Below are positions 36,201 to 49,099 of a stretch of DNA of 53,247 nucleotides, in pieces. The stretch lies in the NCBI GenBank assembly GCA_020536535.1, contig JAHLWZ010000902.1, positions 1-53,247 of the forward strand, in the 5' to 3' direction. Under the pieces are notes generated by a model. The model was not told the DNA's origin. It made no database searches and saw only the letters and a program-made list of their open reading frames with translations. The position numbers and the translations under genes are program-made. Numbering within the stretch: the first letter of the stretch is position 1; each line of letters begins with the position of its first letter. The DNA is from Pelomyxa schiedti. Its lineage: Eukaryota > Protista > Evosea.

Positions 36201-36253
36201 CAGAGGGAAGAGGGACGGTAGTGCCCGAACCCCATATTAATAAACTCACTTGA
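33206..36253 (+). CDS. TRIM/RBCC-type E3 ligase (RING, two B-boxes, coiled coil) with a C-terminal glycine-rich domain
   Basis: LTCPICHEQYS...PRVLDCGHYFCE|ECL...CVTCKQ (RING); CEECKVRSATVYCYNCPGSLCTDCCNASH (B-box 1); FCKEHPSHSLDLYCQNEQTLVCPMC (B-box 2); helical EAASEIREKLNEV...; then NGGGGGGG...GGGGGGYG...GAGGGSG...GGCGGGIV...[12 protein letters not shown]...GACGRVRLDY. Confidence 0.82.
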
Positions 36254-36372
36254 TTCGTAGCAATTTTTTGCCTCTTGAAACGCCACAACGAGCCGAAAAT
36301 AACCTGTCCAATTTAAAACGACAAACATCAAAAAGCGGGAAAAATAAAGGAAATAAAAAAAGAACCCAAGAA

Positions 36373-39300
36373 ATGGCTGGCAAAGCGCCACCCGAACTGT
36401 CGTTGGAGCAATTTCCAGCCCGTAACCCAGCAACGGCTGCCGTCCATTTTGATCCAGGCGCTGTCGATCGCAACACCACCCTTCCCACAATTACGGTTGC
36501 AGCTCCCCCGGCCGACACGCCAGCCGCCACGCGAGCAACTACGTGCACAAATTGCGCCGCCGAAGGTTGCACTTGCGCAGGCGGCGTTGGCGGTTCCGAA
36601 AAGAATATGGCCGCGGCACCCGACGCGACCGGGAAAATGACGACGACTACGACGGCGGCAACCACGACGGCCACCACCACGGCCACGGCCACGACCACGG
36701 CCACGTCTTTTAGTGGCGGGGAGGAGAACTACCGCTCGGCGTCGATCTCTCGCTCTGAGGACGAGGACGCGGAGGGCGGCGCGTCGGACACCTCGGCGGC
36801 TGCCCGCGGCACGCCGTACAGAGCCCCCGTCGCGCCGATTTCTGCCCCCAAACCTCAGCTGCTTGATGTTCAGCAAGTTGTATCGGTACCCGCACAGATA
36901 ACACAAATGCAAGCACAAGCACTAACGCAAACACAAACACAAACGCAAACGCAAATCAAACCGGAGCACAACTGCTTGTGCCAGCATGGCAGGGCGTGCC
37001 TTCCACCTCTCTCACAACTGCAGAATTCACAACCTGTTCAGCTCTTCCAGCCAACCACGCCGCCTCAGAGTTCATCTCCACCTCAAACAAATTTGCTGCC
37101 TCTCCCACCACAGCAACACCAGCACCGAATGGCAAAAAGCTCTGCTAGTGGACAAACTTCAACAGCAAACCCAGCGAAAAAAGCAAGACGGCTATTCACA
37201 AGAGTGCATCTCCTTTAATATTCATTTTCGTAACTCACTCGTACAGGATGAAGACAAAAAAATTGCCCAAGGTGTATCTCTTGGTTTACCGTGGGATGAT
37301 ATTGTGAAGTGGGGAAATTTGGAGCGCACTCCAACACAAGTTGGATGCCGCTATCGACGCCTACTCAAATTGCAACAGCAACCTGCTCCTGTACAAACTT
37401 CTAACACAACATCAAGTACAATACAGTTATTACCACACCCGATACTGACCTAATTACTACTATTATCTTCTGTGTAATGATAAAATCAAGCTACAACTTC
37501 TGGAAATTGCCCGAACACCCAAGGGTGCTCCTGCTTAAATAGTGCCTCGGCTACACCTTGTGCATATTGCAGCCAGCAATCGCTTCTACCAGCAAAGCAT
37601 AGTTCTGACGTTAGGGTACCCTATAATTCTCGATGACAACTCCTAACATGTTTTAGCCTCCTGAAGTGCAACCTCCAGCTCCAAAAGTCAGAAAAGTGAA
37701 ACCAATCGCCCCTCTAAATAGCCCAAACCTTTCACCAACATCTGATGAGCCGCCACCGTGTTGCCAGGTACCACTCTTCTTGTTAATTTAACTTTAGTCC
37801 ATTACTCCCCCTGTCTTCGACATACTCACAATTCCTTTCCCACAGCAAATCCTTCCACCAGACATAGAACAGCTTCAAAAAGAAAAAAAATTTCTTGAGG
37901 TAACATTAATGCAAATTTGATTCCATCTGATTATTTTCAGGAACGAGTAGCTAGTCTCGAACAGCTCATAAAAGAAAGAGAGGTGACTTCCTCCTACGTT
38001 AACGTCTAATTCAGAGTAAAATCAGGAAAGAGAGCAGGAATTCCGCGGACGTTACGACGTTGTAGTGAGAGACGTACTTATAAAAAATTCTACCCTTCAC
38101 AGAGTGCGCTTTTCATATGTCCACCCTATGACCCCTTATTCCCTGTAGAAGCTTTCAAGAGATAAAGTTTCCAGTGACAGTACACAGCTTGGTTTTTCTA
38201 CATATGAAAGGTTTAGATGTGATTCTGCCAAATTCTCACATTTCAACTAGACGTGGTATTGAAATTGTAGAAGTATGGAAAGATGGACAACTCCTCAAAG
38301 AATTGAAGCAACGGATAGTCTGCTATATAAAATCCTTTTCCACTTTTCTTAATCAATGCAGGCCTCAACTTTGGCTGAACGGGATAGACTTGAGCAAACG
38401 TCAAAGTTAGTAAAGAAGAGACAACCTAAAGGTTTACATCTCCTAGCTTCCTATTTGCTGAACCGTTTTTACCCATTTTTCTTTTTGTTTACCAGATCCT
38501 CTTATGCTGGAAGTACTCAAAAATAAGATAGCTGATTTGCGAAAGGTTTGTACAATACCAAACATATCTCTATAAAAAATGTAAACACAGATCTCTTTTA
38601 GTTTGAGGCAGAATTGGAGTTGGAAAAAGAGAAACTGGGAGCAAAAAAGTCAGTTCACGCTCGTGAACTAAAGCGTGTTTCCGATGAAGAAGCATCCCGC
38701 TTTAATGGGAACCCATTACTTAATCAGCGGTACCTATTGTTGAATTTGCTTGGGAAAGGTGCACTGCCTTATTTTTCTAAAATCGATTTCTTATTGCAAA
38801 TCAGGTGGTTTCAGTGAAGTATACGAAGTAGCTAAGAAGTAATAAAAGCAGTACTAATTTGTCACTAGGCATATGACCTGCGTGAACTCCGCTATGTCGC
38901 TTGCAAATTGCACTCCCTCAATCAACAGTGGACAGAACAAAAAAAAGAAAACTTTATGAAACATGCCTTGAGGGAATATAACATTCAAAAGTATATTTCC
39001 AAGTTTTACGTAATTGTCCAACCAAATACAAGGTGCCTGAACCACCACACGGTAGAACAAAATGAGCATTTCACTTTTGTTAAGTTTTTCAGGTTGTACA
39101 GCTTTTTGACGTTTTTGAAATCGACCAAACTTGTTTTTGCACTGTACTTGAGTTCTGTGAGGTATCAACCTCCTTTCTTTTGCACTATTTTGATTTATGA
39201 CAGGGAGGTGATTTAGAAACACATTTAAAGCAACATAAGCTTCTTAGGTAGTGTCTGATCCTTGAATCTCCCTCTTAACCATGATGCAGTGAAAAAGAAA

Positions 39301-40112
39301 CCAAATGTATAATGCACCAGATTTTCTTGGGTCTGGTTTACCTTAATTCACAGAAAAGACCAATTATTCATTATGTATGCCCTAATCCAACACTAACTAC
39401 TCTCATGCTCCAAAAATAACAATACAGGATATCAAACCTTCCAATGTACTGCTTTCCAAGGAGGGTCTAGTTAAATTGACCGATTTTGGGTAATATCCTT
39501 ACTGTTGGCCTTCTTTTTGTAATCGTTTTACAGGCTTTCGAAAATTATGGACGAAGGGGAAGATAACTTGGAATTAACTAATCAAGGAGCAGGAACTTAT
39601 TGGTACCACTAGTGTATTTTCGTTATGATTACTCAGCATGTGCAGGTACCTACCTCCAGAGTGTTTTATCAAAAGTCCTCCACCCAAAATATCCGTTAAG
39701 GTATATTCTCACTTCATCAACAATCAAAGAAAGTAATATCTGTCTAGGTGGATGTATGGTCTGCCGGTTGTTTCCTCACTCCATTTGCCAATTATTCCGT
39801 ACCAACAACTCGAAAATAGGTGTGGTTTTCTATCAAATGCTGTACGGCCGGAAACCATTTGGCAATAACCTATCACAACAAATGCTTTTGACGCAAGCAG
39901 ACCTGTTACTCCATGCTGAAGTGTTATTCCCTCCAAAACCTCCTGTGTCACAAGAAGCCAAGGTGATGTCTTTCAATTTTCTTTCTTGCCTTCTTTCTGG
40001 TCTTGCCCTGACCACCTCGCAGGATTTGATACGCAAGTGCCTATCACCAGACCCTGCAGAGAGGCCTGACGCCTCTACCTGCCTCACTGATCCCTTCTTC
40101 ACTGGGGTGTGA
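36373..40112 (+). CDS. TLK: Tousled-like kinase with an N-terminal Myb/SANT-like repeat
   Basis: [22 protein letters not shown]|[62 protein letters not shown]|DIKPSN, TDFG|LSKIMD...[10 protein letters not shown]|[25 protein letters not shown]: all TLK hallmarks. Confidence 0.92.
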
Positions 40113-40528
40113 CTTTCACTTGTACCTCCATAGACCACCAAACCCTCAGCTAATTGTACATACCGTTAATTTCTACATTCCAATACAAGGAGGAAGTTTT
40201 GCTTTATCCATAGATAACCACCTTACCCGAACCACAATACAGAACCAACCAGGGGTTTCCCGTGGAAAAGGAAAACGAAACCTGCAAAAATTGCTTGGTA
40301 GATTTTCACCAGGCTACTCTGACTTCATAAACAACGAAGTTGTTTGGGAATACAGAATAGCTCTGCTGGTACAACTCCCCTCCACAGGAAAAACCCCAAG
40401 AACTTTTTTTTTTGAAGGTGCCCAGTTTGTCCAAGAGATTACTGGGTGACACAGAGGTTGGGGGAATTTTTTTCCATTCCACGCCTGAGGACTGATGGTT
40501 CCACTCAATCACAACTTTCGCACTTGCA

Positions 40529-43500
40529 ATGAAGCCGAGGCTCCAGGGGTCGGCACTGACGATGGCGGCGTCGGCGGCCGCTTCTGTGGCCAACACCTAC
40601 GCCGCTCAACAGCAGATTGCTCCCGTCCCAAACGCCAACGCCAGCATCATCACAGCCAGCCCCCAGCAGCAGCAACAACCACCACAGCAGCCACCACATC
40701 AACAAGAGGTGGCAACGCACTCGAGCGCATCTGCATCTTCTTGTGCTGCAACTGCAGCAGCAACTGCAGCAGGGGCCACCGACGATGGCGACGACTACGG
40801 GATTGTTGTGGTGGGAGGAGGAGACAGCCCTCCGCAGGGCCACGAGGGTGCCCAGGACCAAGACGACCAGGCGCAGGACCCAGCAGGGGGCGCGGAGGCC
40901 GAGTACGAGGAGGGGAGCAGCCGGGGGGTGGTGGAGTCGGTGGAGGAGGCGGTGCAGGAGGGCGGGGCGGAGCGGGCGGTGGAGGTGGTGGGGATGCTGC
41001 GGCACGAGGACTGGCAGGTGCGCATGGCCTGCTGCGCCGCGCTGGGCGACGCGAGGCTCAGGCTGGTGGGGCCCATGGTGGGCGAGAGCGACGGCGGCGA
41101 GGCCGGCGGCGGCGACGGGGGGGCTCCCCAGAGGGGCGTTAAGTCTCTCGTTCTCAGGCCGTTGGTGGCGTTGCTCGAGGTCGAAAAAATGTGTGTAATA
41201 TTGTGTACTTCTATGCAACGTTGTCATGTGGCTGGTTGTGCTTACTTAGATTTCTCTTTTATAAAAAAAAGGCCACAGGTGAGGGTGGCTATAATAACAA
41301 CGCTTGGATTACTGGGGGACATGCGGGCACTTGCAATTTTGGAACATTTGAAGGTGTGGGTTCTTCCCTCACCCGTTGTGAGACTGGGCATTAAAAAGTG
41401 GTTTGTCCTTTTTTGTTGTAGGTGGAAGGGGACTTACGGGTCAGAGTTGAAGCTGAAAACGCAGTCAACACCCTTTCTATGCAAGCAACTTCACCAGTGC
41501 CACGGAATGATAATGACATTTCCTCTGTATCTGATACAGTGCCTCTGGATCCCCCAAAACCTTGTTCTTCAAGTCATGGGAGCTTTACTTCATCTCACAC
41601 TACTCTGGAGCAATCAATTCATCACGTAGCACACAGCTCAACAGATGAAGCACTGTCAGCTAATCCTCTTTTGGAGGAAGACGATTTGTCTCTGCTTAAT
41701 TGTGGTGGAAATTTTGACCTGAAGCAAAAAAATACTGTGGGAATAGAACAACACTCTGAGGATTCTTCCAACATCTCTACAAGCGACACTTCACGTAGTA
41801 CCTCTGTCCCAAACTCCAGTGCAAGCAGTGAGGACCGGGAGCAACCACCAACAGAGAGCAAACTTTTATTTTCACAAAATACCTTGTCACGATCAAAAAG
41901 AAGACCTACTACTCCAACAAAAACCAGTATGTACTTCAAGTTGCCTGTCAATTTTATCACAATCCTTAAGATCGGGCTTCCAAGAAAAACAGAGCAAGTC
42001 CAAAAACTCCGCCTCCAAACGAAACGCTGGATAAATTTATATATGGAGGAATCAAATCCACTTCCCCACCTCCCCAGCTTAATATATCGAATACTACATC
42101 CAGTTCAACTGGCTCGACTGAGCCTCCCCCAAGTTTGGTGGACCCTCAACCACAACCAGACCAGTCATTCCAATATGTCTCAAGCCACACAAAACGGAAC
42201 CTCCAACCACTGTCCAGTAGAGCTTGCATTTCTAATACCACAAAACGGTCTATACAGGAATTAGTTCAGTCAGCAGTACCTGCACTGCCTAAACCAATAC
42301 CACGCCCATACAGACGGCTTATCGACTTCTCTGTACTTTCCGCTGGTCAAAAGAAGGTGCTATTCCAGAATTTTTCTCCCTATTCTTAAGGTATCTAGGC
42401 CTTGGACATTGCCTTTGCTGGTCAATCCTTCTTCTTCACTGGGGCTGCAGGCACAGGAAAAAGTTTCCTCCTGAGAATTCTTGTTGAGGAGTTGCGGGCA
42501 CGACATCCTCCAGACACTGTATTTGTTACCGCAAGGTAATTTCTACCCACTCGATGTTTCTAACAAAGTCTGAAAAAGCACAGGAATTGCTGCTTGCAAT
42601 ATCGGCGGTGTAACACTCCACTCGTTTGCAGTTTGTCAATTCTCCGCCTTTTTACCCCTGATAGTAATGTACCTCACTACAGGGTATTGGATTAGGAGAT
42701 GGGGCAACAGCAGCATTAATAACAAAGGTGAAAAAGAACACAAATGCTAGGCGGAGGTGGAAAGATATTCATGTATGGTCCAATTTCTACTACGTCACCC
42801 GAACTGAAGATGGAAAAGGTTTTAGTTATTGATGAAGTTTCTATGCTCAGTGGTGAGTTTTTTGATAAGCTCGATGCCATTGCAAAGGAAGTACGCCACA
42901 ATGACAAACCGTTTGGAGGAATCCAAGTTATTTTATGTGGGGATTTCTTTCAACTGCCCCCTGGTACCATTACATAGCTCTAGTACCCAGTGAATGGTAT
43001 TAACCCTTAACAGTTTTTAAGGGCACAGAACAACTTTTCTGTTTCGAGAGTATGGCTTGGAAAGCTCTTGTTACTAGTACCGTGGAAGTAGCTATTCCCT
43101 CTTCTTGATCACCATTAGTAATTTTCATGTTTTCAGTTAGTAAGTATATACCGGCAGAAAGAAAGTAATTGGATCAAGATATTGAATGAAGTGAGGTCAT
43201 TTAATTCATTATTTTTCTTGGTTTTCATTCTAAGATCAGACTTGGAGCGGTTTCACGTGAATCTTGGGAGCGCCTCAAAAAATGTATACACCAGATTCTG
43301 AGTACAGCCGATGGGATAGAACCTACTCGCCTATGTGTGCATCATTTTTTTTTTAAAGTTCATACAAACCATTTCAAGGTCCCATGCGAGCAGAAGCAGC
43401 AGCTGTCAACACACAAAAGCTTTCTCAGATTCCTGTAGAATCAACTTTCCTATCTTTCAGTTGATTTTTCTTAGGGAGCAGAGCACACCTTCCAAGCTAT

Positions 43501-44359
43501 TGACAAGGCTGAAAATGACATTTTTCTTAAAGTTCTATCTGAACATACAGCCCCCACTAAGCTCATACTGAAAGAGAAATCACAAGTACTTATATGCCAC
43601 CTCTATTTTCCTTTTCTCACTGGAGACAGGTAGTTCTTCTCCGAAATATTGACCCCGATGTTGGTCTTGTGAATGGAGCTACTGGCGTTGTTACCGTACT
43701 TTCACATAATTAGTCCCTCTCATCCAAAGATCAATAAGGGATTTGACGCTGAAGGTTTTCCAGTAGTACAATTCAAGTCTGTGACACGCTCAGTATGTCG
43801 AGAGGAATGGAATTACCAAATTGGGGACCAAATTGTAATTATTGAAGACTAATAACAATTGATCACTCACACTTGTTGGTCAAGCTGGCTTCGCGGTCAC
43901 AGGTCCCTCTCCAACTAGCCTGGGCACTCAGGTACTTCATTTGGCCTATTGCTGAGTCTAACTTTTTTTAATTTAGCATTCATAGAAGGTAAGCCTACGA
44001 ATCAAAGGTTTTTTTTCATAGTATACTGTTCAGTCAAGGAATGACCCTGGAAAAAGTGGAAATGAGCCTACGACGGGTATTTTGCCATTCTTCTCAATTG
44101 TGGTCTCAGCTTTTGCCTAGGTGTTTGCCCCAGGTCAAGTGTATGTTGCTCTAAGGTGATGCCTCTTCTTGCCTTTCTCTGCACCTTCACCAATTAATGA
44201 CAAGCCGGGTTACATCACTTGAGGGTGTGTCTATTTCAGACGGCCTGCCTGACCCAAGCCTACTCAAACCTCACATAAAGGTAGCCAACACACAAGTGTA
44301 ACCTAACACACACAAAGGTACAACAATTTTACAGCACAATGGTTGCATCTTCCACGTAA
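40529..44359 (+). CDS. PIF1: PIF1-family 5'-3' DNA helicase with N-terminal HEAT-like repeats
   Basis: [13 protein letters not shown]|[17 protein letters not shown]|[53 protein letters not shown]|IHRS|QGMTL, GQVYVALS|RV. N-terminus has [28 protein letters not shown] and [12 protein letters not shown]. Confidence 0.93.
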
Positions 44360-44433
44360 CAAAGACCAAATTGGAGGTCGTAATAAACAACAGATAGCAG
44401 ATATCTTATTTTTGTTTTTTCTTTCATTGCGCT

Positions 44434-47400
44434 ATGGACCGTTTGACATTGCCGCCGCTTGACGACGCCGGGTTCGGGCCCCGGGACGAGGCCTGCGATT
44501 TGTCTGCCCTTTTGGAAGAGATGGACGAGAGCCACGATGGGCCCCCACGCGACGGGTCGCGAGAAGCGTCGCCCGCCCCGCCCCTTGGATGGAGGCAAGC
44601 CGCGCCGCCTAGCGCCCACCCTGAGCCCGCACCCGCGCCCGACCCCGAGGTGGAAGCTGAGCCCCAGCCTGCCTCCACCACCACGAGCCGGAGCAGCAAG
44701 GGAAAGTCTCCCCGGGCACCCGAGACGCAGCCCGGCACCGCGAGCAAGAGCAAGAGCGCAAGCAAGAGCGGCAGCAGGAGCAAGAGCGGAAAGGTCAGCA
44801 GTAAGGACACCCCCGGGATGGCGTCGCCTGCCGAGTCGGACGACGGGGGGGGCACGGCGTACTACTTGAACGAGCAAGTGGCCGAGGACAGCGTGGACGA
44901 TCACGGCCAGTTTTCCATCCAGCACTCCCAGAGGTGCTCGGCCTCGGCTTCAATTGTGGGACTGGAAAACATCTACCAGAGCCTGATGTATTTCAACCTG
45001 TGCCCGTTCACTGTGGGAATGTCCACTCTGTTCCAGTATATGGTTGAGGCCCCTGCCCCAATTGGCTTGATGATACCAAACAAACACCTGATCGTGGACA
45101 CTCCTTTGGATGTCTATCCCACTGATTTACCTGCTTCTTTACAGGTTCCTCTTTTTTTCTTTTTACTCCCAATCTTCTACCAATCTTGGGGCCGACCTTA
45201 GAAATGACTTTTTTCACCATAGATTCACAATATTGAGGCGGCTTCTCAAAAGGGTTTATTTTCTAAGCCCCTTTTGAGTCGAATTGTAAAGCGACAGGCT
45301 CTTCTTGATGTATAGTTTGATATTCCCATCTTTACCAGTCCTGACGAAAACAAGACAGCTGAGCTTGCAACATGTACCTTCATACATAATATTTCAGCCA
45401 GTTGCACAGTATGATACACCCTTTGAAGCTAATATCCGTGCGGGTTGTAACCCTTCTCCAGTTGAATGGTGTACCTCTGCTATTCTATCCAAGTGGAAAA
45501 ATTCTGCAAATCATGAGTGCGTTGCCAAAGTTAGTTTTTAATCGTACCAAACTACAACAAGATGTCATTATAGTGAGCACTGACCAACCTCACCCATCAA
45601 ACATTGCTTCTGTGGAGCTTCCTGGATCTATCAGACAAATTTGTAGTATGTCGGATTGAAATTTCTACCCTGAGAATTTAATAAAAACCCCGTTAGTTTC
45701 GTTGGATGACAATGTACTCTTTGTTGCATGCAGCACATACTATTTTGTCTATGTATTCAGTGTCGATCTACCAAGTAATGACCAGAGGTTTGCCTCAGCC
45801 CCTTAAACAGGTTTAATGCACTTAATGGCATCAGTCTTTCAAAAGTCAAATTTGAACCCCTGCATATCCTTCCATTTCAAAAAGAAATTTTGTGTACCAG
45901 CATTTCACAGGTCAATGGGATCCCGTGCATTGCAGTGGCGTGCGGTGATAAATCACTATTCTACTGGGACAGCATGTATATTGGACCTTTTTGCTGTTAC
46001 GTATTTCAACTCTTTCAGGATTGGAAAGAAAGTGTGCATAATGGAAACAGAACAACCTGTTGAAACTATGGAACCGGCAACAGACGCCCCTTCCGCAGTG
46101 CCGTTGTCTTTTGCAACCATGGAAACCGTGAAGAAATTTATGGTAGTAGCATTTGGGGCACACTGCCGCCTCTTGATTGTGGCTTCAGCTTGGAATGTTT
46201 TCACCTTGGATTTTACATATGTAGCTTCTTTCAAAACCCTGTCCTAGTTACAATTCATTCTCAGGCCTTCTCCACTGTCAAGAAAAAAACGGACAAAAAA
46301 GAAATACTTACAATAAAAAACGAGCTCTTAAGCACTCGTATTACTGCCATGGCCGTTCACCCACGGAACCCTTTCATTTTCAGTGTTTCTACACCTTCGT
46401 GTATATATCTTTTGGATAGCCGTAAAAGGCAACAACAGGTACACAGCTTAAGTGAATATTTATTTGACTCATTTTGATGAGCCATTACTTTTTTTCGAAC
46501 CAAAAGGGCAGTTCACCAAATTCATGTTTTTCCTCATGCCATGTCCTGAGGATGTCATCAGTTAACCTTCTAAACTTCCACTATGCTCTCAGTCACATAC
46601 CCTAGATACTCTAATTGCATGCCCTGTAAGTGGAAAGATTGTTGCCTATCACTTCAGAACTGTGCTTGTTGTTTCCTCCCAAGAGTCTGAGCAGTCATAT
46701 AGGCTTCCACGAGGTACTGTTGACTGTGCTTACCATAATAACACATAACTAGTCCTGCCTCCTGTGCCTTTGGGGGACCAGCAGCTTCCTTTTCCAGATC
46801 CTCATGAACTGAATCCTGTTAGGGCAAGGTACGGGGGCTCCTGGGTTCTGGCGGGTGCCAGTGCAATTGGATGCTCGTCAAACTTTGCACTCTTTCAAGT
46901 TACTGATAGAGGAGACGTCTGGCGGCAGCACTTCAGCTTCATGCGAGATTGTTATGCACCTTGTTGTAAGTTCTCTGGCTGATTTTATTATTCCTTGTTG
47001 ATATTTGGTACAAAAAAGGTAGGGCGTTTACAAGCAAAGCTTGTTATGAATTTCAAAGAAGCCGGTTGTGTTCCAGTGACACTTTAAAAGACTTCTCTAT
47101 AGTACCAGGTCTCTTTTCCTTTTTCTACGTTTCCTTTGTTGTTTGGCAAACCAAACTTCAGGAATGCAACGCATATGGGACTGTAAGCGCTTCCAACTTC
47201 TGTTGCTTTTGACCTGCAATCAGATATGGACTCTATTTCACCTCTCAAGAAAGTCAGGTGTCCTGCAACTGATGCATTCGAAAACAATGAATCACGGCTG
47301 CAGGAGTTCCGTGATACTTGCAATTTTCCACAGACTTTGTGTGTCTCACACTCGGGGGGGGGGGGGTATTATATTCTTACGTAATGACCAGATTGAACTT

Positions 47401-48006
47401 GTCTAAAAACCATCGTAATTGGACAATTCCCGATCTAGTTAGCACTGCCAACTCCCTGAATGACGAATTATGCCCAGTTAGTGTCGAACGCTTTGAAAGT
47501 ACCTGTCTAGAAACTTCGGAAACTGATTAATCCTTTTCACAGAAATGGCTCCTGCAGATGTTCCTGAATACCTGGCCACAGTAACAACCACTCCATTTGG
47601 GACACATGCTCCCAGAGAACAAGAAGCAAGCACCAGCACCCCGGCTTCTGAATGGTCAGCTCTCATGCTAGAAATATGCACCCCTTACTTCCAGCGTTCT
47701 GAACTAAAACAAATGTCCGAAGAAGCATCAACAGAGGTGGAACATCTGGCTTCCGGCTGGTGTGTTTTGCTCTTGCAGTGCACTCAACACACACCAATCC
47801 CAATCAATTGTCTAATACAAGCAAACTTACAACAAAACATACACCACTTCAGGGAAAAGAAAGGGTATCCAGACCCCCCAATGTCTGAACTCTTGAGGAA
47901 GTGGAACCTGTCTGGAGATCCAGTACCTGACTCGCCAATTGTTGAACCCGACGCCGAGGAGTCCGACGACGCCGAATCTGACTCGGGCACCTCAGACTCA
48001 AGCTGA
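44434..48006 (+). CDS. Large beta-propeller-like protein, possibly TAF1C/RRN6 (Pol I SL1 subunit)
   Basis: Multi-exon frame with WD-like segments (AMAVHPRNPFIFSVSTPSCIYLLDSR) and ALFQVTDRGDVWRQHF, reminiscent of the TAF1C 'xFQxxxxGDxxxQ' region. Acidic C-terminus. Family assignment tentative. Confidence 0.45.
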
Positions 48007-49099
48007 TTCTTTGTCTCGGACCAAACGGCCCCTTTTTCAAAATGAAAAATTTTGTCTTTTTCCTTGGAAGGAGAACACTCACCTATGGTGAGTACGAGGA
48101 CGTACCTGAGTACAATGATTCTGGCTGTCCAAGGGTTGTTGGAAGGCTTGTTGTCGTTTTGGTTGAGGGATTGGCGACGAGGTCATGCCCTTGCTGCTCG
48201 AAACCCTCCAGTGCCCAGGTGCCTCGACGATCCCAGACCGTGGCGTTTGTGTCGTGTCAACCAGCCCAGAGTGTGCTTGTCTCGATAGGAACACATTCTT
48301 GACGAGACCAAAGCGCGGACGTAGTTGACGTCATCTCTTTCACTGCAACTGCGACCAACGAACCGCGTACTGATGCCGCGATTCGAGTTGGTTGCGTAGA
48401 GGTTTTCGAGTAGTGCGTTTATGACTTACAATAGGACAAAGAACGAACAACACAATAAGTTCCAACATCCTCCCGAGACAGAAACTGTTCGGTCACTTTC
48501 ATGCACCTACAGGGAGTGGGATTCAAAGAACACAAGTCCGGGATTGTATGTTCAACGGCCTGCAAAACCCAGGTGCTTTATTTCGCTGCCACTAAACTGG
48601 GTGCTTTAGAGCCTCTATTATTATTGCAATTGAATTTCTCGCACTTGTAGGTGTTGAGGTTGTTCATGTGTATGAGTGAGGGTAATGGGTGATGATGACT
48701 TTGACTTTCAGGAAGAGAATAGGAATGCTCTCATGCCAGCTCTAAGACCAACCCTGTGAAGTCGCTAAGGCCGAAAGCTTCTGGAAGTAAACATAGTGCC
48801 CAGTGGGGTCTTTGTTGGTGTTAGTTGTGTTGTAATTAGAGCGGGTGTAGGCAGGGGAGGAGAACAGAGAGAGATGAAGGGTGAAGGGGCAAACCGCAAA
48901 TATGTGGCCTCAAGGACAGCAAAGTTGGGTCTGAGTTCAAGTTGGAGTAGAATTGGTCCCATGGCATTACTGGGTGCCTTTGCAAGAACAAACCCCCGGC
49001 CGCCAGCCACGTGGAGCGTGCCTTGGTGCTGGGGCACAGCAGCTCTGCTCGAATCATCCTGAGAGTATATGCCACGTGATACATACATTCGGGTCGCTA

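Noticed and set aside
3651-48006. Apparent clustering of nuclear and chromatin genes (PRKRIP1, MTase, DDX1, TLK, PIF1, TAF1C-like)
   Set aside because: Interleaved with unrelated genes in both orientations. No evidence for a functional cluster in a eukaryotic genome.
48326-48333. TGACGTCA (CRE-like palindrome) in a CpG-rich intergenic stretch
   Set aside because: A single 8-mer with no assignable downstream gene is not enough evidence.
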